64,000 nucleotides of DNA. Source: a virus. The notes below the pieces were generated by a model. That model searched no databases. It had not been told where the DNA came from and saw only the letters and a list, made by a program, of their open reading frames with translations. This document shows, piece after piece, positions 25,313 through 32,458 of the stretch (positions are counted from its first letter, which is position 1; each line of letters opens with the position of its first letter). The position numbers were made by a program, and so were the translations under genes. The stretch is taken from IMG/VR virus record IMGVR_UViG_3300048999_000052, positions 1 through 64,000 of that record. One strand, written 5' to 3'.

Positions 25313-25578
25313 CAGTGCTCCTGGGGGTCACGACCGAGCAGGTCGTTGAGCTGAGCCATGTAGGCCTGATCCAGTCGAACGACGACGCTGAAGTTGGATT
25401 GGTTAGGTCGGAGGTAGTCGAAGTTCTTGTACTTCTTCTCCGGTTCGTTGTCGTTGAGCTGCTCGGCCACAGCCCGTACTCCGGCCAGGTAGCCAGCGAG
25501 GTAGATGTCGCGGCCGGGAACGTCGGTAGCATCCGGCTGGTGCTCCCAAGACTCCTGAGCGTCGTCTAGCAGACTCAT
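25309..25578 (-). CDS. Hypothetical protein
   Basis: ATGA-coupled start MSLLDDAQ. Confidence 0.65.
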   Translation of the reverse strand: MSLLDDAQESWEHQPDATDVPGRDIYLAGYLAGVRAVAEQLNDNEPEKKYKNFDYLRPNQSNFSVVVRLDQAYMAQLNDLLGRDPQEHW

Positions 25579-25682
25579 AGCACTCCAATCAGGACCAGGG
25601 CCTGGTAGGCCGCCGAGGCCAACAGCAGGCCTACCAGCACGAAGCCCAAGGCCAGCAGTAGCAGGCCGAACAGACCACCCAC
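25575..25682 (-). CDS. Small TM peptide (not in ORF track)
   Basis: VGGLFGLLLLALGFVLVGLLLASAAYQALVLIGVL*. Confidence 0.5.
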   Translation of the reverse strand: MGGLFGLLLLALGFVLVGLLLASAAYQALVLIGVL

Positions 25683-25846
25683 TACTCCACCGACCTCGGC
25701 CTGTGGGACATGTTGCCAAGAACCTGTCCCTTCGGGTAGCACATCGGCATCCCCGAGTTCTTCTCCACGTACAGCCGCATCTGGGCATCCCAGATCAGCT
25801 CGCTGTCACAAGCCGAGCAGACATCACTGTCAGGCTGAGTTTCCAT
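25682..25846 (-). CDS. Small Zn-ribbon protein, related to 663..974 (not in ORF track)
   Basis: CSACDSELIW...YVEK...C...HRP. Confidence 0.55.
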   Translation of the reverse strand: METQPDSDVCSACDSELIWDAQMRLYVEKNSGMPMCYPKGQVLGNMSHRPRSVE

Positions 25847-26105
25847 CACTCACCTTCTTTCGGAACTTTTTCACTAGCTTCACTAGCCGGGGTTTGTTCT
25901 GGGTGTAGTAGTCCCCGCACTGCGGACAGGCCGCGAACTTGCAGGGCACACACCAGGTCAGAAAGTTGAAGAGCCTGGCCCGCTCGGGTGGATCGAACCG
26001 GTAGGTCAGGATCTTCGTGTACTTGCCGCAACACCAACAGCCCAGCCCGAGCCGGCGGGCAAACCTACGGTCTGGGCGGTACCACTCAGGGAGTCTCTGG
26101 ATCAT
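25830..26105 (-). CDS. Cys-rich hypothetical
   Basis: CWCCG, CVPC, CPQCG. Confidence 0.6.
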   Translation of the reverse strand: MIQRLPEWYRPDRRFARRLGLGCWCCGKYTKILTYRFDPPERARLFNFLTWCVPCKFAACPQCGDYYTQNKPRLVKLVKKFRKKVSDGNSA

Positions 26106-26436
26106 CGACTGCTCCCAGAAGCTTGCGGAGCATCGCGTCGGTCTGCTCGATTTGCTTGTTACCTTCTTCCTCGCCCATGACGGCGACGACGGCTTCTCGG
26201 CTGCCGGGCATCACTCGGAGTACCGGAGCCTCTTCCTGCAGGGACGAGTACATCGGACTGCAGTACAGACAGATCTTTTTCGGCGGATCGTCGGTGGAGG
26301 CCAAGAAGGCGACGGCTTCGGCCGAGATCAAGACCATGTGGCCACAGTCACCGGGGACGATCTTGTCTCCGTCTTGTCGGGGTAGGCCAGGGACTACCGG
26401 GGCGACGATCAGGTACGACGGGTCTTCTTCGTTCAC
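26086..26436 (-). CDS. Hypothetical Zn-binding protein
   Basis: DCGH...ICLYC; GAGG RBS. Confidence 0.65.
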   Translation of the reverse strand: MNEEDPSYLIVAPVVPGLPRQDGDKIVPGDCGHMVLISAEAVAFLASTDDPPKKICLYCSPMYSSLQEEAPVLRVMPGSREAVVAVMGEEEGNKQIEQTDAMLRKLLGAVDDPETP

Positions 26437-26443
26437 TGCTACC

Positions 26444-26746
26444 TCAGACGTAGTACTTGCCCATCATTTCGATGAACAGCAGGATCTGCCAGGCAGGTCC
26501 TTGGACGTGGAAGTGGAAGTCTCTCTTCCCGAAGCTCTTGTCGACCGGGATCTTCAAGAAGACCAGCTTCCAGCCTCGGCCATAGGCCTCCTTGATCAGA
26601 TCGTTCTTCAGACCGTAGTTCCACCAGTACGTGCGTAGGGTCACGACCGTGTACACCTGCTGTGCGGGCTGTAGTACCCCAGTTACCACAAGTTCCTCCA
26701 ACTCCTCTTCGGCAACTTTGTTGCCGGGGAAAGGTAGGACAGTCAC
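26444..26746 (-). CDS. Hypothetical protein
   Basis: GTGA-coupled. Confidence 0.65.
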   Translation of the reverse strand: MTVLPFPGNKVAEEELEELVVTGVLQPAQQVYTVVTLRTYWWNYGLKNDLIKEAYGRGWKLVFLKIPVDKSFGKRDFHFHVQGPAWQILLFIEMMGKYYV

Positions 26747-26973
26747 TTCTTGGGCTCCCTTCCCAGCATCTGCATGAAACGCAGATCTTCTGGGCTGAAG
26801 TCTTTTTTGCCAGCCCTGACTTCTTCGGCCAGGGTGTGGATCTTGCTGGTCTCGTCCTGGAGGGACTTAACCAGAGCCCGGTGGATCAAGACCCTGATGG
26901 TGACCAGGATGATGGTCTTGACCAGCAGGTAGATGACCAGGTTCCGGATCGCTTGCTTCTGCTCGGAGTTCAC
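26743..26973 (-). CDS. Small TM protein
   Basis: N-terminal hydrophobic helix. Confidence 0.65.
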   Translation of the reverse strand: MNSEQKQAIRNLVIYLLVKTIILVTIRVLIHRALVKSLQDETSKIHTLAEEVRAGKKDFSPEDLRFMQMLGREPKK

Positions 26974-27140
26974 AGACTGGCCGCCTTCTTCTCCAGCTTG
27001 ATCCGAGCGTCGATGGCGGCAGCCGCGAGGGTACCGAGGACAGCTACGGTCGGGGTCAGGGCTGCCAGGGCAGACTTCACGCCGATCCGGGTAGCAGTCT
27101 TCTTGAGCTGCTGGGTGTTGGGCTTGCTGAGCTTCTTCAC
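26970..27140 (-). CDS. Small hypothetical, first gene after the main leftward promoter
   Basis: GTG after GAGGAG. Confidence 0.6.
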   Translation of the reverse strand: MKKLSKPNTQQLKKTATRIGVKSALAALTPTVAVLGTLAAAAIDARIKLEKKAASL

Positions 27141-27160
27141 TGTTCTCTCCTCAGACATCT

Positions 27161-27197
27161 GGACATGCAAAAACCCCGCACCGGTTGGTACGGGGTT
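27161..27197 (-). terminator. Terminator with CATGTCC box
   Basis: AACCCCGTACC/GGTGCGGGGTT then TTTGCATGTCC. Confidence 0.8.
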
Positions 27198-27303
27198 GCT
27201 CTGCTGCTCGCTTCGGCCCTGGGGGGCCTCCACTCGCTATCAGCAGTCCCGGCTCTTCTCTGTGAGGATCTATAGCCTCAGGAAGGCATGCGGAACTGCT
27301 GAT
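27161..27303 (-). ncRNA. Candidate ~140-nt leader/small RNA
   Basis: Runs from the predicted TSS to the terminator; ATCAGCAGTTCC/GGGACTGCTGAT stem, inner TGAGG/CCTCA, then GGCCC/GGGCC. Confidence 0.45.
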
Positions 27304-27309
27304 GAGATA

Positions 27310-27338
27310 AATATACCCTAATCTGCCCTGTTTTGCAA
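27310..27338 (-). promoter_or_regulatory. Strong sigma-70-type leftward promoter
   Basis: TTGCAA-N17-TATATT in a locally AT-rich stretch. Confidence 0.75.
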
Positions 27339-27360
27339 GCTATCTAGGCTATCTGGACAA

Positions 27361-27635
27361 GTCGGTCCCTCTAACCGCTATCCAGCGGGAGGGATTGGCC
27401 CTCATTGGTTCGACCTAGGCAGTTTCCGAACACCGTTCTCGGCTTCCGCTGGACCCCTGCCTCGTGTCACGGCCTCCAGACCTCGGTGCTATTCCCACTC
27501 CAGGGTTCTCAACAGGTCCCTGGTCAGCTGTCACACCGACATCTCTGGCTCCACGAGGTGGTCATCTCCCAGCCCCGGCTGCGCCCTAGGTACACCAATC
27601 AGCTACTCGGAGGAGGATGAGACTCTCCGGTAGCT
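27361..27635. ncRNA. Candidate rod-like structured RNA with terminal hairpins
   Basis: Nine nested helices 27404-27599 plus flanking hairpins; no credible ORF. Confidence 0.55.
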
Positions 27636-27880
27636 CAGACCTCCTCGCAGTCGCAGGGAAGTACGAGCCAGCACTTAGGACAAGTCTGGATCGACCTTGG
27701 AGTGGACTTGTGCCGAGCGTGATGGATCTGACCGTTAGCGCCGAACCGCGCTGTCTGGCCGATCTCGATCAGTTCGTTGCACTTCGAACACACACCCTGG
27801 TGCAGAGCCTTGAAGCTGGACCGCGGCTTCTTCCGGGGCTCCTGCATGTACAGGACGGGTGATTCCTGAATGATCTTCAT
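27635..27880 (-). CDS. Zn-finger hypothetical
   Basis: GVCSKC...H...CPKCWLVLPCDC; GGAGG RBS. Confidence 0.7.
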   Translation of the reverse strand: MKIIQESPVLYMQEPRKKPRSSFKALHQGVCSKCNELIEIGQTARFGANGQIHHARHKSTPRSIQTCPKCWLVLPCDCEEV

Positions 27881-27961
27881 CTTGACCTCCACTGGACAGA
27901 TCCGCGTCGCTGGGTGGTACGGTACCACTACCTCCTGGACGCGTCGCTGCAACTGGGAATC

Positions 27962-28023
27962 AGCCCCCCGGGAACTTGGGCGTTGTGGTCACACTCGACG
28001 AACCCCCCGGGGGGCTTCTTTCT
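27962..28023 (+). terminator. Long-loop hairpin at the strand switch
   Basis: AGCCCCCCGG...CCGGGGGGCT then TCTTTCT. Confidence 0.45.
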
Positions 28024-28050
28024 GTCCTGGGCCAGGGTTACGCTCAGGTG

Positions 28051-28413
28051 GTGCAGGTCTACGTCACCACTCACGGCCAACATTTCCACCAGGACCCGTC
28101 CTGTCGGTGGCTCTCCTCCACTTTCACCACTGCACCCGCACACGCCGTTCCTGTCTCTTCAGTTGACGGTCTGGCTCCGTGCCGGACCTGCTACCCCGAC
28201 GCGCCCCGGGCCAAGTTCACCAAGCTCCGCTGTAAGCAGTGCAGATCCGTCCGTCCCTGCGCTCACAACGGTGGAGTACTGGTCCTGGTCCCGGTGCGCT
28301 GGCGGAAAGGTACTCACCTCCTTCCAGCCGGCTCGGTAACTTTGCGCCGGGCGTACGTCTGGCCGGACGTGGCCTATCTCTACGATCGGGTTGAAAAAAC
28401 AGAACAGGTATGA
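28051..28413 (+). CDS. Zn-binding hypothetical
   Basis: VYVT..G..FH....C...PCRTC, CKQC...CAHNGG. Confidence 0.7.
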   Translation: MQVYVTTHGQHFHQDPSCRWLSSTFTTAPAHAVPVSSVDGLAPCRTCYPDAPRAKFTKLRCKQCRSVRPCAHNGGVLVLVPVRWRKGTHLLPAGSVTLRRAYVWPDVAYLYDRVEKTEQV

Positions 28414-28420
28414 GTAGGGT
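28391..28420 (+). promoter_or_regulatory. Putative promoter of the replication operon
   Basis: TTGAAA-N18-TAGGGT upstream of the helicase gene. Confidence 0.5.
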
Positions 28421-28453
28421 GCTCCCACCCCCGCAGAACCGGACGGAGCAGCC

Positions 28454-29719
28454 ATGCCGAACCCCTCTTCAGAAGCACTGATGATCAGTGCGCTGCTGAA
28501 GAACGCAGATGTCCACGGAGCCCAGAAGTACGGAGTGAGCGATCGTCACTTCCGGGGGTTCAGCAACGAGTACCAATGGCTGCAGAGCTACCACAAGACC
28601 TACGGATCAGCTCCCAGCCTGGATGCCTTCTTCCACCAGTTCCCCGACTTCCCGTTCCGGGACCACTCTGACCTTCGCTACGCCGCCGACGAGGTCCTTC
28701 GTGACTTCGCCCAGTTCAACTTCCACGAGATGGTGGTCCAGGCCAGCCAGCTGAACGCCAACGGCGACGTCCGCGGCGCCTACGAGGCCCTGCAGAACTT
28801 CCACTACACGCCTACCTCGGCCGTACCCACTTCGATCATCAAGGGTGCGGCCTTTCTTGACGCCCCAGACATCGAGCCAGCGGGTATCGGCCTGCCCTGG
28901 GAGACGCCGCAGTACGACACCGCTGGCATCGGCCCGGGACAGTTCTGGACCCTGGCTGCTCGGCTGAACCAGGGCAAGTCCGCCCTACTGTGTGCGATCG
29001 CGGCCCACGCCGTACTGCAGGGCAAGAAGGTCATCTACTACAGCCTGGAGATGACCGAAGCCGAACTACGGACCCGGATCCACGTCTTGTTGGCCGCAGC
29101 CAGGGGTGAGGACTGGCTGAAGGCCAACGACATCAAGCACCGCCGAGTCGATTTGCCGCGCTACCGCGAATTCGTCAAGAGCCTGGAGACCCTGGAGGGC
29201 GAAGTCCACGTCCACACCCCCAAAGACGGCCCCGTCAGCCCAGCAGTGATTGCCTCCCGGGCCGAGGACTACGACTTGGCGGTGGTGGACTACCTGACCT
29301 TGATGCAGACCGACAAGGGCGAGCCAGTCAGCTCCGACTGGCGCACGCTCACCCAGGTGACCAACCGGATCAAGCAGGTCACCTTGGCCACCGGTACGCC
29401 GGTCCTGGCCGCAGCTCAGATCAACAGAGAAGGAGACCACGGTGACGGCCCGCCGAGCGTGGGCAAGCTGGCCCAGGGGGACAGCATCGGCCAGGACAGC
29501 GACGTAGTGATCACCACCCGGCTGAAGCCGCACGGCATGGCTGCGGTGGCCAGCCTGGAGAAGAATCGACACGGTCCGGCTGGGAAGAAGTGGTGGATGC
29601 AGTTCAGTGTCAACGATGGCACCTTCGACGAGGTGAACGAGGAACGAGCTGACTACCTGCAGATGATCGCCGAGGAGCGGGCTGAGTCCCGTCCGGGTTT
29701 GAGGGTGGTGCGTGACTGA
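28454..29719 (+). CDS. dnaB: DnaB-like replicative helicase
   Basis: AARLNQGKS, YYSLEM, VVDYL, AAQINR, SIGQDSD, LEKNRHGP. Confidence 0.93.
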   Translation: MPNPSSEALMISALLKNADVHGAQKYGVSDRHFRGFSNEYQWLQSYHKTYGSAPSLDAFFHQFPDFPFRDHSDLRYAADEVLRDFAQFNFHEMVVQASQLNANGDVRGAYEALQNFHYTPTSAVPTSIIKGAAFLDAPDIEPAGIGLPWETPQYDTAGIGPGQFWTLAARLNQGKSALLCAIAAHAVLQGKKVIYYSLEMTEAELRTRIHVLLAAARGEDWLKANDIKHRRVDLPRYREFVKSLETLEGEVHVHTPKDGPVSPAVIASRAEDYDLAVVDYLTLMQTDKGEPVSSDWRTLTQVTNRIKQVTLATGTPVLAAAQINREGDHGDGPPSVGKLAQGDSIGQDSDVVITTRLKPHGMAAVASLEKNRHGPAGKKWWMQFSVNDGTFDEVNEERADYLQMIAEERAESRPGLRVVRD

Positions 29720-29835
29720 TGACAATCGAGTTCAGCGAGGACGAGGTAAAAGACATCCAGGACGCAGCAGAGGAGCGCGGGATCGACGTGGAAAAGCTGA
29801 TCATCGCCGCGGTACTCAATGACCTCGCTCGCTGA
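29719..29835 (+). CDS. Small RHH-like peptide (not in ORF track)
   Basis: MTIEFSEDEVKDIQDAAEERGIDVEKLIIAAV; TGATG coupling. Confidence 0.55.
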   Translation: MTIEFSEDEVKDIQDAAEERGIDVEKLIIAAVLNDLAR

Positions 29836-30742
29836 GGCCCTGCAGGGACCAGGTGGGGTAGAACGCTCGTTTCACTGCCCAGTCCACGACGACTCCCACC
29901 CGTCTGCTTCGGTGAACATCGTCAGCGGCCTGTGGATCTGCTACTCGTGTGGCGCCAAGGGCAAGGCCGGCGACGGCTACAGCGTCGATCCGGACGCGCT
30001 GGTCAGCTATCTCAAGGACAAGGCCCGGTTGAAAGAGACCAAGTACTTCCCGGAGTCCTGGTTGAACCTGTATGGAGGTGATTGTGAGTACTGGCGGCAG
30101 CGATTCAGCCAGCAGGCCTGCGAGCACTTCCAGCTCGGCTACGACGCCGAGACCGACTCAGCCACCTACCCAGTACGGGACGCTGGCGGATATCTACTGG
30201 GGGTTGTACGCCGACCACTATCGCCGGACTGGGACGGCGGAAAGTACATCTACCCCCGCCACGTCGACGTCACCAGATATCTGTTCAACTACAGCCACCA
30301 AGAAGCCCGGCGGCGTGTTCTCCTGGTGGAGGGAGCTGCTGATGCCATAGCCGCCTGGGAGGCTGGCTACGAGGCCTACGCCATCTACGGTTCCCGGTTG
30401 TCCGAGGAGCAGGTCCGGCTGTTACACCGGGTAGGTGCGGTGGAGATCTGGACCGCGTTCGACAACGACGAGGCTGGCCAGCGGGCTCACAACCGGGTGT
30501 TGGAGCTGTGCGCGGGCTGGGACGTCCACCAGGTGGAGTACGGCAGCTGGAAGGACCTGGCTGAGATCAGCATCACAACTCGATCAGAAGTGCTCAGCCA
30601 GCTTGGGAAACCAGATCATGGAAGGGTAGAGTCCACTACATGCGAATCAAGGCAGCAAACACTTCTGGTGGAGAACGCCGTGCCCTCGTCCAGCGGTACG
30701 TCGAAGCCCGGCAGGCTGCGGATCTCGCGAACGAGGAAGTGA
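29819..30742 (+). CDS. DNA primase (CHC2 Zn finger + TOPRIM)
   Basis: CPVHDD.HPS...CYSCG; LVEGAAD; AFDNDEAG; WKDLAE. Confidence 0.92.
   Translation: MTSLAEALQGPGGVERSFHCPVHDDSHPSASVNIVSGLWICYSCGAKGKAGDGYSVDPDALVSYLKDKARLKETKYFPESWLNLYGGDCEYWRQRFSQQACEHFQLGYDAETDSATYPVRDAGGYLLGVVRRPLSPDWDGGKYIYPRHVDVTRYLFNYSHQEARRRVLLVEGAADAIAAWEAGYEAYAIYGSRLSEEQVRLLHRVGAVEIWTAFDNDEAGQRAHNRVLELCAGWDVHQVEYGSWKDLAEISITTRSEVLSQLGKPDHGRVESTTCESRQQTLLVENAVPSSSGTSKPGRLRISRTRK
30603..30632 (+). promoter_or_regulatory. Putative internal promoter for a leaderless mRNA
   Basis: TTGGGA-N18-TAGAGT, 7 nt before ATG 30640, no SD. Confidence 0.45.
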
Positions 30743-31068
30743 AGAAGGCCGAGGCCACCCTGATCGCCGTGCTGGAGGCCCAGGAGTTGAAGTCCACCAG
30801 CGCGGAAATCGGGGATGTAAGGTACACCTCGACGGTAACTTCGAGAACTCAGACGACTTTCGATGAACTTGGACTGAAGAAGGCCCTGGGCGCCAGGAGC
30901 TTCAACAAGCTGACGATCAGCAAACTGGATAAGACCAAGCTAGAGACCGCGATCAACGAAGGCACCCTAGATCCAGCAGTAGTCGCGCAGTACACCACGA
31001 TCACTCCGGGGGCGGCGAGCCTTCGACTGACCAAGAAGGCAGCAGATGCCGAAGCTGACGAAGCGTAA
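30640..31068 (+). CDS. Conserved phage hypothetical (coiled N-terminus, KLDKTKLE motif)
   Basis: Gene-like codon usage; overlaps the primase tail by 103 nt. Confidence 0.75.
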   Translation: MRIKAANTSGGERRALVQRYVEARQAADLANEEVKKAEATLIAVLEAQELKSTSAEIGDVRYTSTVTSRTQTTFDELGLKKALGARSFNKLTISKLDKTKLETAINEGTLDPAVVAQYTTITPGAASLRLTKKAADAEADEA

Positions 31069-31384
31069 GCCCGGGGAATCACTCCCGAGCAACAACACCA
31101 AGGCCTCCCCGGCCGAGACCTACGTACGCGGCCTCAAGGGCGAGTACTACCTACTCGGTGAAGTGGCGGAGATCGTTGGCGTTGCGAAGAACACGCTCCG
31201 GCGGCTGATCAAGACCGACAACGTGAAGGCTCCGTCTCACACGGCGAACCTGGGGAAGATGAGCTTCTACGTCTTCACCGCCAAGGACGTCGAGGAGATT
31301 CGGGACTACTACCAGGGCAAGTACTCAGACTTCAAGAAGACCCACAAGCTCCCGCCAGGCAGACCACGAGGCCAGAAGAAGTGA
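31046..31384 (+). CDS. MerR/excisionase-type HTH DNA-binding protein with AT-hook
   Basis: YLLGEVAEIVGVAKNTLRRL...FTAKDVEEI; PPGRPRG. Confidence 0.8.
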   Translation: MPKLTKRKPGESLPSNNTKASPAETYVRGLKGEYYLLGEVAEIVGVAKNTLRRLIKTDNVKAPSHTANLGKMSFYVFTAKDVEEIRDYYQGKYSDFKKTHKLPPGRPRGQKK

Positions 31385-31653
31385 AGCTCCAGCGCGTAAA
31401 TCAGGTAGAACCAGAGCTGTTCCGAGAAGGCGACAAGGTCACGGCCACAGTTACCCACAACATCAAGATCAACGGCGATGACTCCTGGGTGAAGTACGAG
31501 ATCACCTCAACTCAGGGACCTGAAGAGACCATAGATGACGTAGATACCAGAGTGATTCAGCACGCCACGAGAACCGTAGTGAATTTGGCCTACTCGGCCG
31601 CACAGAGAGTTCTAGAAGCCGCTAAGGGAGAACAAGATGCAGTTCGGGACTAG
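31381..31653 (+). CDS. Hypothetical protein
   Basis: GTGA-coupled; GDDSWVKY motif. Confidence 0.7.
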   Translation: MKLQRVNQVEPELFREGDKVTATVTHNIKINGDDSWVKYEITSTQGPEETIDDVDTRVIQHATRTVVNLAYSAAQRVLEAAKGEQDAVRD

Positions 31654-32401
31654 GGCAGCAGACGCCCCGAAGCTCGGCAACACCCCAGGTGAGGGCGACG
31701 CGGGATTCATGCGCACGCTCAAGCCGGGGGAGTACCGGATGCGGTTCCTGCAGGAAACCGACGATTGGCAGCAGTACTGGGAGCACTACAACCCGACGCC
31801 GGGTGGCTTCCCGTTCCCCTGTACTGGTGACCGGCAGACCTGCCCAGGCTGCACCTCGGGGATCGAGAAGATGGAGAAGGCCTCACCCAAGTACGCCGTG
31901 AACGCCAAGGTCGGCAACTACGTGAACGTCTATAAGTTCCCGGTGAAGTTCTACAACAAGATGGTGATCCGCTCCGAGCGCAACGGCGGTACGGTCACCG
32001 ACCGCGACTACCTGGTCACCCGGATCGGCAACGACACGTCCACGGATTACGACATCGAGATGATGATGCCTGCCCCGCTGGACAAGACCTACGAGATCAA
32101 TGACATCGAGAAGCTGCTGGCGAAGGCCTTCGGAGAAGCTTGGCCAGAGTTCGATCCGAGTATCAATCAGGACCAGCCTGCTCCGAGCGTTGACCGCCGC
32201 GAGGGTCTGAACGAGTTCGCTGAACCAGAAGCCAAGCAGGCGCCGAAGGAAGAGAAGGAAGTCACCGAAGCCGAACTCCGGGCGATGAGTGGCGACCAGC
32301 TCCGCGCGCTGTGTGACGAAGAGGGCATCAAGTACCCAGAAGACCTGCGCTACGTAGAAGACAGCGAGAAGTTCGTCGATTGGATGCTGAAGAACCTCTG
32401 A
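31637..32401 (+). CDS. gp32-like single-stranded DNA-binding protein
   Basis: RMRFL...YWEH...FPC...CPGC...DRDY.VTR.G...T.Y; position in the replication module. Confidence 0.75.
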   Translation: MQFGTRAADAPKLGNTPGEGDAGFMRTLKPGEYRMRFLQETDDWQQYWEHYNPTPGGFPFPCTGDRQTCPGCTSGIEKMEKASPKYAVNAKVGNYVNVYKFPVKFYNKMVIRSERNGGTVTDRDYLVTRIGNDTSTDYDIEMMMPAPLDKTYEINDIEKLLAKAFGEAWPEFDPSINQDQPAPSVDRREGLNEFAEPEAKQAPKEEKEVTEAELRAMSGDQLRALCDEEGIKYPEDLRYVEDSEKFVDWMLKNL

Positions 32402-32458
32402 TGACCCACAAGGTCTAACGGACCGCGGGGGACCGCCCTCCCCCGCACTTGGAGCGAC

